From: Pseudobdellovibrionaceae bacterium
Lineage (GTDB): Bacteria > Bdellovibrionota > Bdellovibrionia > Bdellovibrionales > JAMPXM01
Length of the DNA: 35,957 nucleotides
NCBI GenBank assembly: GCA_022843085.1
Contig: JALHOI010000002.1
Span: forward strand, 1-35,957
Direction of reading: 5' to 3'
Position numbers and translations under genes: made by a program
Notes under the pieces: generated by a model
Seen by the model: only the letters and a program-made list of their open reading frames with translations
Databases searched by the model: none
What the model was told of the DNA's origin: nothing
Shown here: positions 1 to 8,161 of the stretch, piece by piece
Position numbering within the stretch: position 1 is the first letter of the stretch
How the letters are laid out: each line of letters begins with the position of its first letter

Positions 1-427
1 AAATAGCCGTCTGATCGTTTTCTTTTAAGGACTTGGCAATAAAAGCACCAAACGAAGCTGAGTCGCGGCTGGTAAACGGAAGAAGGTCGCTTCTTGTGTG
101 CCACGTCACCTTTGTCGAACGAAATCTGCGTCGGAAAAAAATCTGTGCAAGAGGATCGGGATCAACTGCAACAATAGAAATTGGCTGCCTGCCGAGCTCG
201 CGATCTAGCTTGGCAAAAAAATCAGGTTCAAGAAGATAGCCGGCGCTTGGCCCGAATATAATGAGTTGCTGAGGTTGAGTTTCCGTTAGCCATGCTCGAA
301 CGTTGCTGGACACAGAGCGGCGCGTGGGCTGCCATCGATCATCAATTGCACAACGAAATAGGCTTTCGAATCGTGTGAATGCTGCGCGCGCGTGGTAGAC
401 GAGGCCTCCGGACGACGATAGTATCAT
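1..427 (-). CDS. hypothetical protein, N-terminal part only (ORF runs off the left window edge)
   Basis: My own translation of the minus strand is open from ATG at 427 down to position 1 (MILSSSGGLVYHARAAFTRFES...LIIFGPSAGYLLEPDFFAKLDRELGRQPISIVAVDPDPLAQIFF...). It is not in the ORF track because it has no stop in the window. No family recognised. Start uncertain, since the frame stays open upstream of 427. Confidence 0.45.
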   Translation of the reverse strand, partial: MILSSSGGLVYHARAAFTRFESLFRCAIDDRWQPTRRSVSSNVRAWLTETQPQQLIIFGPSAGYLLEPDFFAKLDRELGRQPISIVAVDPDPLAQIFFRRRFRSTKVTWHTRSDLLPFTSRDSASFGAFIAKSLKENDQTAI

Positions 428-457
428 GCTGGTTTTATTAGGCACGGGCGAAAGAAT

Positions 458-1069
458 ATGAGCAAGGCATTCATCAAACATGACGATCTAGATGCTGGCG
501 CCTCGGCAGGCGTCGACGTCGAACCCGTCGACGATCAAGACGCCGATCAGCCTGAAAGCGCGGCCGCAGGTCAGTTAAATGGTTTTCGTTCGACAAAGAA
601 TTACATCACTCAAAAGGGCTTCGACATTCTGAAAGAGGAAGTTCACGACCTGCTGACGAACGAGCGACCGCGTGTGGTCGAAGTCGTCGCGTGGGCGGCG
701 AGTAATGGCGATCGTTCCGAGAACGCGGATTACCAGTATGGCAAGAAGAGGCTTCGTGAGATCGATCGACGTATTCGCTTTTTACAAAAGCGAATTGATC
801 GCGCCGAAGTGGTCGTGCCTGAAAATCAATCAGGTGATCGGGTTTTATTTGGAGCTACCGTGACCGTTCTAGACCAGAGTGACGTCATTAGGGTTTATAA
901 AATAGTAGGCATCGATGAAACTGACGCGAAGCTCGGTAAAGTCTCTTGGATTTCGCCAATTGGTAAATCACTTCTTCAGTCACGCGTCGGGGAGGTTGTT
1001 GTATTGCGAACACCAAAAGGTGAAGAAGAGCTCGAAGTGAAAAATATTGAGTTCAAACCCATCGAATAG
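458..1069 (+). CDS. greB: transcription elongation (cleavage) factor GreB, with an acidic N-terminal extension of about 50 aa
   Basis: ORF 458..1069. The stretch WAASNGDRSENADYQYGKKRLREIDRRIRFL is the GreB hallmark region. The C-terminal domain (VSWISPIGKSLLQSRVGEVVVLRTPKGE) matches the Gre C-terminal fold. Confidence 0.9.
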   Translation: MSKAFIKHDDLDAGASAGVDVEPVDDQDADQPESAAAGQLNGFRSTKNYITQKGFDILKEEVHDLLTNERPRVVEVVAWAASNGDRSENADYQYGKKRLREIDRRIRFLQKRIDRAEVVVPENQSGDRVLFGATVTVLDQSDVIRVYKIVGIDETDAKLGKVSWISPIGKSLLQSRVGEVVVLRTPKGEEELEVKNIEFKPIE

Positions 1070-1105
1070 ATGACGTTCGCAGATGCAGCTTGCATCGTAG
1101 GGACT

Positions 1106-2131
1106 ATGGCGAAGTTTGCGGTTCAATTTTGGGGCGTCAGAGGCTCGCTGCCATCGCCCAAGACTCCAGAAATGGTTCGCGAACACACGCGTGAAGTTTT
1201 ACAAAGCTTTGCACGGTCGCTTGAGACGTCGTCTGATCAGTCGTCTGCGACCTCTCGAATTGATAGCTTCCTTGAAACATTGCCTCACTGGCAGTTTGGC
1301 GGTTTTGGCGGCGATACTTCGTGCGTCGAGGTTGACGCTGGTGAGTCGAAGGTCATCATTGACGCTGGGTCGGGACTTCGTCGGCTTGGCGAAAAGCTCA
1401 TGCGCGGGCCCTGTGGTCTTGGGCAAGGCGAAGTGCATCTGTTGTTCACGCACTTCCACTGGGATCACATCATCGGGCTGCCGTTTTTTGCGCCGTTGTT
1501 TGTGAAGGGAAATAAGATTCATTTTTACGCCGTACAAGATGACCTCGAGGTATGCGTTCGACAGAAATTCAAGAAACCGTTTTTTCCAGTGCCATTTGAA
1601 GAGCTGCTTTCGACCGTTGAGTTTCATAAAATGGCGCCTCGAAAGAAAATTCAATTGGGATTACTTGCTGTCACGCCCTATCAGTTAGATCATCCAGATC
1701 CTTGCTGGGGTTACAGGGTCGAAGCTGAAACGGCGGACGGTCTTCGGAGCTACGCTCACTGTGTTGACAGCGAAGCGACGCGCGTGTCGCCAGTTGATCT
1801 TGCAGAAGACGCTGCACTTTACCGTGGCGCAGACCTTTGTTTTTTTGATGCGCAGTATACGCTGCGAGAATTTTTGCAGCATATGAACTGGGGCCACTCG
1901 GCTGCACCGATTGGTCTTGAGATCGCGCTTCGCGAAGGTGTGAAGAAAATTTTTTTTGCTCATCATGATCCCGCGGCTAGCGATCGCAAAATCGCCGATG
2001 CCGAGCGGCAGACTCGAGATTTTCTCGAGGCTTATCGTGCAAAGGCCAGGCAGTCGGGACGCCATCTTCCCGGGCTTGAGTGGCAGTTTGCGCATGACGG
2101 GGACCGTGTTGATTTAGGTGATTTGAAATAG
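1106..2131 (+). CDS. MBL-fold metallo-hydrolase
   Basis: ORF 1070..2131 with the HxHxDH motif (LLFTHFHWDHIIGLPFF). Start placed at ATG 1106 (MAKFAVQFWGVRGSLPSP, a typical N-terminus for this family). ATG 1070, directly abutting the greB stop, is also possible. Confidence 0.8.
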   Translation: MAKFAVQFWGVRGSLPSPKTPEMVREHTREVLQSFARSLETSSDQSSATSRIDSFLETLPHWQFGGFGGDTSCVEVDAGESKVIIDAGSGLRRLGEKLMRGPCGLGQGEVHLLFTHFHWDHIIGLPFFAPLFVKGNKIHFYAVQDDLEVCVRQKFKKPFFPVPFEELLSTVEFHKMAPRKKIQLGLLAVTPYQLDHPDPCWGYRVEAETADGLRSYAHCVDSEATRVSPVDLAEDAALYRGADLCFFDAQYTLREFLQHMNWGHSAAPIGLEIALREGVKKIFFAHHDPAASDRKIADAERQTRDFLEAYRAKARQSGRHLPGLEWQFAHDGDRVDLGDLK

Positions 2132-2143
2132 AGGGAGTTCGCC

Positions 2144-3949
2144 GTGAAGTCGTTTTTTAAATCTATGTTTTCGTCGATGTTTGGAATTCTCGCTGGAGTC
2201 TTTTGTGCGTTCATTGTTTTACCAGTCGTTTTGGTTATGCTTTTCGGCAAGATGGATCTCTCATCTCGCGAGCCAATCAAGCCCAAGGCTGTGCTGCACA
2301 TCTTGCTTGATGGTGAGATTGTCGATTCGTCTCCGACCGTCGCGTGGCTGTTTGACGACGGTCGAGTTCGAATACGCCTACAGAGATTGATCAAAGCGAT
2401 TCGCAACGCTCGAAATGATCAACGAATCGTCGGCGCTGTTGTCGATATTCGCAATCCATCGATCGGGTGGGCCGCAGCCACGGCGATTCGACGCGAGCTG
2501 TTGGCTTTCAAGGAGTCAAAGAAGTTTGTTTTCGCCTACGCAGACCGGATGAATGAAGTGGGTTTTTATGTTGCGAGTGGCGCCGATAAAACTTTTATGC
2601 AGCCAAATGGCGATGTTGAGCTTGACGGTCTTGCAAGTGAGAGCCCCTTTCTGCCTGGGCTGTTTGCAAAACTCGACGTGAAGCCAATTGTTTTTCGCGT
2701 CGGTAAATTTAAGGCCGCGGTCGAACCATTTTTACTCAACAAGATGAGTGCCGAGAGTCGAGAACAGTCAAATGTCTTGCTCGGCGACATTTGGACAGAG
2801 GCGCGAAAAGCTATTGCAGAGCGCGCGAAAGTGAAACCTGAACAGCTCGATCAGTGGATGTCAGATCTTGCGATCGCTTCGGTCGAAGAGGCAAAGAAGT
2901 CGGGGCTCGTTACAGACGCCATGTACTCGGATGAGTTTGACGAGCTCATGCGCACCACCGCCGGATGGGGCGCAGGCGATGAATTGAACTACGTTTCGAC
3001 AGCTCGGATGGCCAACGAGACGAAGTCGAAATCGAAAGACAAACGTAAAATCGCACTGCTGATCGCTGAAGGCGAAATCGTCAAAGGCGAGGGGGGCAGT
3101 GATCAGATTGGCGACGATGCGTTTATGGATTCGCTTTACGAGATTGCTGATGATGAAGACATTGCGGCGGTCGTCGTTCGAATCAACAGTCCGGGCGGAG
3201 ACGCGCTTGCAAGTGATGTTCTTTGGCGCGAGTTAACGATACTCGATGAAAAGCGCCCCGTCGTAGCCTCGATGGGTGATGTTGCTGCATCGGGCGGCTA
3301 TTACATGGCAGTGGGCGCTCGACATATTTTTGCAGAACCGACGACAATTACCGGTTCGATAGGTGTGTTCGGACTTATGTTTGATGCCGAAAGTGCTTTC
3401 AGAAATAAGCTCGGTGTAGTTTTTGATCGCGTCACGACTCACAAACATTCGGACTACGGTGCGTTTACGCGCGGACTTGACCCTGTTGAATCGGCGTCGA
3501 TTCAAAAATCTGTTGAACGAACCTACAAAAGATTTGTCAGTGTCGTTGCACAAAGCCGCGGGTTCGAAAAAATCGAAGATGTCGAAATCATTGCTGAAGG
3601 ACGTGTCTGGTCGGGATCACGCGCGCTGGAATTGGGTCTTGTCGACGAAATGGGTGGCCTCGACCGTGCAATTTCAAAAGCGGCCGAATTCGCAGGACTG
3701 CCGGATGGGTATGAGATCGAAATCTATCCGAAGAGTGTCGATCATCTTTCGCGATTGATCGATCAATTTGCTGAAGGTTCTGAGGGGAGCCTCGGCCTGA
3801 ATTTGAAATTTGATCGCGGCTTTTTAAATAGCCTATTTGCGCAGGCGCGCTCACTTCCGTCATCCATCGGTCTCATCGAGCGCGTTCAGCAGTCAGGGCG
3901 CCCGGCGGTATTGGCGCGAGAGCCGATGTCATCCATTAATATTCGTTGA
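2144..3949 (+). CDS. sppA: signal peptide peptidase SppA, 67K (two-domain) type
   Basis: 601 aa with an N-terminal TM helix and two S49 peptidase halves (VVDIRNPSIGWAAA...; VVRINSPGGDALASD..., MGDVAASGGYYMAVGA). GTG start is preceded by gggag (2133-2137). Confidence 0.85.
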   Translation: MKSFFKSMFSSMFGILAGVFCAFIVLPVVLVMLFGKMDLSSREPIKPKAVLHILLDGEIVDSSPTVAWLFDDGRVRIRLQRLIKAIRNARNDQRIVGAVVDIRNPSIGWAAATAIRRELLAFKESKKFVFAYADRMNEVGFYVASGADKTFMQPNGDVELDGLASESPFLPGLFAKLDVKPIVFRVGKFKAAVEPFLLNKMSAESREQSNVLLGDIWTEARKAIAERAKVKPEQLDQWMSDLAIASVEEAKKSGLVTDAMYSDEFDELMRTTAGWGAGDELNYVSTARMANETKSKSKDKRKIALLIAEGEIVKGEGGSDQIGDDAFMDSLYEIADDEDIAAVVVRINSPGGDALASDVLWRELTILDEKRPVVASMGDVAASGGYYMAVGARHIFAEPTTITGSIGVFGLMFDAESAFRNKLGVVFDRVTTHKHSDYGAFTRGLDPVESASIQKSVERTYKRFVSVVAQSRGFEKIEDVEIIAEGRVWSGSRALELGLVDEMGGLDRAISKAAEFAGLPDGYEIEIYPKSVDHLSRLIDQFAEGSEGSLGLNLKFDRGFLNSLFAQARSLPSSIGLIERVQQSGRPAVLAREPMSSINIR

Positions 3950-3951
3950 AC

Positions 3952-4085
3952 GGCGGGCGCCGTCGGGTTTTTCGCGACGCGGTCATCCTGACCTCGCCGA
4001 AACGGCTCGGGCCATCCCGGCCCTCGAGTCGCGCTTACGCGACCTCCCCGTTTCGGAGGTCGCGAAAAACCCGACGGAGCCCGCC
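3952..4085. repeat. 134-nt self-complementary GC-rich module (27-bp outer stem with nested hairpins)
   Basis: 3952-3978 is the reverse complement of 4059-4085 with 1 mismatch in 27. Nested pairs are ccgaaacgg (3997-4005) / ccgtttcgg (4048-4056), gggcc/ggccc (4009-4023), and gtcgcg-ctta-cgcgac (4028-4043). Confidence 0.7.
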
Positions 4086-4115
4086 TTCCCCTCACAGTGT
4101 GTTGGAGCGGGCCCC

Positions 4116-4167
4116 CTGGCTGCGCCTTCGGCGACCGCCCTCTGGCTGCGCCTCCGGCGACCGCTCT
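4116..4167. repeat. 26-bp tandem direct repeat, 2 copies (24/26 identical)
   Basis: ctggctgcgccttcggcgaccgccct (4116-4141) is followed by ctggctgcgcctccggcgaccgctct (4142-4167). Confidence 0.8.
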
Positions 4168-4442
4168 CTGGTTTGATAGAACTTCGACAGCTTCGCAGTT
4201 TGGGGCGGTGAGGTGTCTATTCGTTTGGCATCCTGTTTGATGAAAGGTGTTGTTTCGTTCGACATTTATCTGCTTTGGGTCTCGCACCGGTGGGGTTTAT
4301 TCGTTGTCAGCTGGTCGTAGAACCTTGTCTCACATTGCTACGGGTAAATGTCATTTTGGCTTCGCTCGGTGCTTTAGCCCAGATTTTTCTACCCCGATAT
4401 GTACACTGTCTGCTGGGGATGCGTTCTTTCGAGGGGTGAGTC

Positions 4443-5456
4443 ATGGAGAAGCTTCAGAAACAGATGAGACGTTCGTTGATGATGAGTTTCAGAGCCGCTT
4501 CGTTTGGGGTTCTGGGTTTCGTTACCGTCGTGCTTTTTCAAAACTGTGATGGTGGCTTCAATTACGATCCGAACTCGGGTCAACTTTCGAGTTCGGGTAG
4601 CGGCGGCGTTGGCAGTGCTCAATTTAGGCTGACAACGTTTAACCCTTCAGGCCTTGTCGTTCCCGAGGGGCAGTCCTTCGAGGGCGGCGTCGACTTTAAA
4701 TTGGTGGTGAGCGGCCAGCAGGTTTCGAGCGCTACGATTTTGTGGAGCCTTCTCAACAACACCGGTGGTTGTATTTTGAAGGCGGGAACCGGCCCAGAAA
4801 CACGATTCGTTTACTGCGACCGTTCTGGTCGCGTCACGATTCAGTCGACCGCTATTTGGGTCGACGGATCGACCACCGTGATCGCATCTGAACGAACAAC
4901 CGCAGCACTTATCGTTGACGCATGTGGCGCCAGCAACTCGACTCGCACTGTATTTCGCATTCCCAACGGAACCGGCGCGTCGCCTTGGAATTCGATGGCA
5001 TCACCGCTTGCTGTCAGCGTTGGACAAACTTTGAGAATCTGTAATGACGACTCGACCGCATCTCATCAATTAATGACGACCGGCGGATCGCCGTGTGCGC
5101 CGCAAGGGGCTCCGATGGCGAGGGGTGCCTTCTACGACTGCGTGATCGCGAACGCCAACAATACGAATGCGACAACTGGGCTTTACAATGGTCTTTATAA
5201 TGCGGTCGCGGGTCCAGCAGCAGCGTTTTATGTTCGTCCATTTGATGGTGTCGCGCTGTACGCGGACACCACGAAAACTTCGAACGGACAATCGTGCGTT
5301 TCGTGCCACAACAACTTCGCCAACTCGACAAAAAAGGGTGCTTCATTCACGGGAATTAGAAACGCGATCACGAACAATACTGGTGGGATGGGTGTCTATA
5401 TGGGCCGCATCACCGATAACGAGCTTAGAGCGATTGCGTTCTCTCTGAACCAGTAA
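4443..5456 (+). CDS. lipoprotein of unknown function with a C-terminal mono-heme cytochrome c-type motif
   Basis: Signal peptide plus lipobox (VVLFQNC). A single CxxCH (CVSCH) lies about 55 aa from the C-terminus, followed by a Met-containing stretch (GGMGVYMG). SD-like gagggg sits upstream. ATG 4464 is an alternative start. Confidence 0.7.
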   Translation: MEKLQKQMRRSLMMSFRAASFGVLGFVTVVLFQNCDGGFNYDPNSGQLSSSGSGGVGSAQFRLTTFNPSGLVVPEGQSFEGGVDFKLVVSGQQVSSATILWSLLNNTGGCILKAGTGPETRFVYCDRSGRVTIQSTAIWVDGSTTVIASERTTAALIVDACGASNSTRTVFRIPNGTGASPWNSMASPLAVSVGQTLRICNDDSTASHQLMTTGGSPCAPQGAPMARGAFYDCVIANANNTNATTGLYNGLYNAVAGPAAAFYVRPFDGVALYADTTKTSNGQSCVSCHNNFANSTKKGASFTGIRNAITNNTGGMGVYMGRITDNELRAIAFSLNQ

Positions 5457-5508
5457 AGATTAGCGAGAAGTTTTTGACCGGCGTTCGTGAATCCGCAACG
5501 ATAAGGGG

Positions 5509-6063
5509 ATGAAGTCACAGCTCAGCTCTAATCGTTTTTTTCGTTTTCTATCGTTCGCTATCATAGCGACCATCATTTCAGGATTCTTTCTCGATGATGC
5601 CGAAGCTCGAAAACGCCGTCGCCGACGAACAAAGCAGCCCAAAATTATCAATGAAAAAAAGCTGTTTGAGCGCATCGGGGGCCGCGATGCGATTGCGAAA
5701 TCGGTCGACGAATGGATTCGCCTGGCCCTTGCCGACGCGGTGATCTCGACACAGTTAAAAGACCTGGCCTCCAAGCCGACCGACCTATCAAAGGCGCGCA
5801 AGCTTCTGACAGATGAAATCTGTGAGCTTGCAGACGGCCCGTGCACGACCAATGATAGCGAGTGGGTCACGCTGCGTACACGATTTAAGATGGATGAAGT
5901 GACAACAGTTTCGTTTGCTTCGCTACTATCGGAAGCGCTCGTAAATCGAGGTATCGGCGAACGGGAACGCAACGAAGTAATAGGCCGACTCGGTTCAATT
6001 GAACCGCTTGCAGTGAGTGAGGCAACCGGTCCAGCTTCAGAGCGTCGAGGCGGAACGCGATGA
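5509..6063 (+). CDS. exported truncated-hemoglobin-like (bacterial globin fold) protein
   Basis: N-terminal hydrophobic segment, then a poly-Arg stretch (RKRRRRR). LFERIGGRDAIAKSVDEW matches the TrHb N-terminal signature, and the remainder can be aligned with group-I truncated globins. SD aagggga sits upstream. The stop overlaps the next gene's start (ATGA). Confidence 0.65.
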   Translation: MKSQLSSNRFFRFLSFAIIATIISGFFLDDAEARKRRRRRTKQPKIINEKKLFERIGGRDAIAKSVDEWIRLALADAVISTQLKDLASKPTDLSKARKLLTDEICELADGPCTTNDSEWVTLRTRFKMDEVTTVSFASLLSEALVNRGIGERERNEVIGRLGSIEPLAVSEATGPASERRGGTR

Positions 6064-6485
6064 CTGTTCACAAGAATAAGACCTTCGAGTGCGAGGTCTT
6101 GATTCGCGAGTCGCTGATCGACAGTTTTGGTCACATGAACAATTCGAGATATCTTGAGCTTTTCGAGCAAGCGAGGTGGGACATCATTGACGGGCGCGGT
6201 TTTAGCCTGCGTGAAATCGTGAAGAATGGGCTCGGGCCTGTCGTTCTCGAAGTAAATCTAAAATTCTCGAAAGAAATTAAACTTCGAGAAAGGATTCGCA
6301 TCGTTTCAGAGGTTGAGCCCGAGGCGTCTCGAGGCAAGACCATGACAATGAAGCAAATAATGCTGAACGAGCGAGATGAAGTTTGCTGCACAGGGCTCTT
6401 CGTTTTTGGACTTTTCGATCTCAAGGCTCGAAAGCTCGTTTCTCCGACGCCAGAATGGTCTCGCGCGATCGGCATCGCCGACTAA
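6060..6485 (+). CDS. acyl-CoA thioesterase, 4HBT/YbgC-like hotdog fold
   Basis: 141 aa. The N-terminal pattern FECEVLIRESLIDSFGHMNNSRYLELFEQARWD is typical of the YbgC/4HBT family. 4-nt overlap with the upstream gene. Confidence 0.8.
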   Translation: MTVHKNKTFECEVLIRESLIDSFGHMNNSRYLELFEQARWDIIDGRGFSLREIVKNGLGPVVLEVNLKFSKEIKLRERIRIVSEVEPEASRGKTMTMKQIMLNERDEVCCTGLFVFGLFDLKARKLVSPTPEWSRAIGIAD

Positions 6486-6578
6486 ACGACCTTTAACTGC
6501 TTCATTATTCGTTTTGCGCATATCTTCTTCTTAAAATTGAATTAGTGAATAATGACGACTTGGCGTACGACTAAGTCC

Positions 6579-7091
6579 ATGAAGACGATGCTGAGAAAGA
6601 TTTTAATTGCGATACAGACCTTAGTCTTGGCTCTCCTGATGCTACCAAGCTTCGCAAAGGCCGATCGGATTGAAATGTCTCAGCGTGGTTGGGCGGAGCT
6701 GCTTAAAAACGGTGTTCAGCTTGAACGGGTTCGCTTAACTCAAATTGATCTCGCAACGAACGAGTTGCCAGCTGCGATCTACGATCGACTGACTACGATC
6801 GTTGAGGATCAAGCCCAGATCTGGGGCGACACAATTCTTGAGGGTGATTATTACGCTGAAGAAGCGGTGAAACTCGATAGCATCGAGTTGGTTCGCGCGA
6901 ACGACATTTTTCTCGGTTACCGAGTGACTTATTCGTCGGTGGCATTTGAGACAGCCGACTGCCGCCCAGAAGACGACATGCAGTCTTGCACGAAGGGTCG
7001 CATCGTCGAAAGTTCATTTGTTTCGCCGAATCTAAATTCGTGGATCCGCGACGAGCGTGCGATGGCGGAATTTGTTCCTGAACGTGAATAA
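6579..7091 (+). CDS. hypothetical secreted protein
   Basis: ORF 6552..7091. Signal peptide from ATG 6579 (MKTMLRKILIAIQTLVLALLMLPSFAKA). No family recognised. Confidence 0.6.
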   Translation: MKTMLRKILIAIQTLVLALLMLPSFAKADRIEMSQRGWAELLKNGVQLERVRLTQIDLATNELPAAIYDRLTTIVEDQAQIWGDTILEGDYYAEEAVKLDSIELVRANDIFLGYRVTYSSVAFETADCRPEDDMQSCTKGRIVESSFVSPNLNSWIRDERAMAEFVPERE

Positions 7092-7132
7092 ATTGTTGGC
7101 TGGGCTCCCGGGTCGGCTAAACTCTGGGCCAC

Positions 7133-8161
7133 GTGCTTGCAATACTACCGTTCTTCCTTCTCTTTATTTTTCCTGCTCTTGGCTTCGTCGGAATTTATCT
7201 GGGTGGTGTCTGGCTCTGGGCCACGCCGTTGGTTGCTTTCGGGCTGCTTCCCGTTCTTGATTTTTTAGCTGGGGAAACTTCGGCACGAATCGAAACTACA
7301 GATTTCGGTCTCGACGCCGCCAATTTGATATTTTGGATTTACGTGCCTGCACAACTCATTCTAATCGGCTTTGGAATCGCGCGAGTTCACGAACTTCCGT
7401 GGGTTTTGGCCGCAGTCACCGTCGGGTCCATCACAGGCGCAATCGGAATTACTCTCGCCCATGAGCTTGTTCATCGGCGCGAAGTGAGATTCAACTTACT
7501 CGGTCAGCTTCTTCTCGCGATGGTGTGCTATGGCCATTTCGCAATCGAACATGTCCTAGGGCATCACTCGCACGTTGCAACACCGAAGGATCCGGCGTCC
7601 GCGAGGCGCGGAGAAAACGTGTACCGCTTCATGATCCGTTCATTTTTCGGAGGCCTCGCCTCAGCCTGGGATATTGAGGCAAACCGTCTAAAGAGAAAGG
7701 GACAAAGTTCTGTCTCGGGATCGAACCGGTGTCTTCGAACGTGGTCCGTATCAGTGGCCTTCGCTGTCGCGAGCTTATTCTTCGGTGGAATTCAGGGACT
7801 CGGATTTTTCCTTCTTCAGTCGCTGATCGCGATTTTCTTGCTCGAGCTTATCAACTACGTCGAGCACTACGGGCTAAGTCGGTGTATTTTAGCAAATGGC
7901 AAGCCCGAGCCCGTTCAACTGTGGCACAGCTGGGACTCACATTCGCGCCTGAGCGGTTGGCTTTTGATTCATCTCTCAAGGCACGCCGATCATCACAAGT
8001 ACCCCGCAAGACCTTTTACAAAGCTTGAAGGATCAGCTGAGAGCCCCGTACTTCCCGTCGGCTATCCTGCGTGTGTTCTGCTTGCGACTCTGCCTCCGCT
8101 TTGGTACCTGGTCATGCACCCGAGGCTTGATCGCTTTTCTCAGAAATTTGAGGCTTCATGA
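7133..8161 (+). CDS. alkB: AlkB-like integral-membrane di-iron hydroxylase (alkane 1-monooxygenase / fatty-acid desaturase family)
   Basis: All four family motifs are present: HELVHR, EHVLGHH, NYVEHYGL, LSRHADHH. There are several N-terminal TM helices. GTG start. Confidence 0.8.
   Translation: MLAILPFFLLFIFPALGFVGIYLGGVWLWATPLVAFGLLPVLDFLAGETSARIETTDFGLDAANLIFWIYVPAQLILIGFGIARVHELPWVLAAVTVGSITGAIGITLAHELVHRREVRFNLLGQLLLAMVCYGHFAIEHVLGHHSHVATPKDPASARRGENVYRFMIRSFFGGLASAWDIEANRLKRKGQSSVSGSNRCLRTWSVSVAFAVASLFFGGIQGLGFFLLQSLIAIFLLELINYVEHYGLSRCILANGKPEPVQLWHSWDSHSRLSGWLLIHLSRHADHHKYPARPFTKLEGSAESPVLPVGYPACVLLATLPPLWYLVMHPRLDRFSQKFEAS

Noticed and set aside
3837-4287. Three long ORFs in the track (3837..4211 +, 3946..4176 +, 3886..4287 -) covering the GC-rich island.
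   Set aside because: They overlap each other in different frames and strands and are Arg/Pro/Ala/Ser-rich, as expected from GC-rich non-coding DNA. They lack SD sequences and coincide exactly with the palindromic and tandem-repeat structure. Treated as artefacts of composition.
5460-6170. 236-aa minus-strand ORF antisense to the globin-like and thioesterase genes.
   Set aside because: It is a Ser/Arg-rich shadow ORF fully overlapping two plus-strand genes that carry recognisable family motifs and SDs. I recognise no motif of its own.
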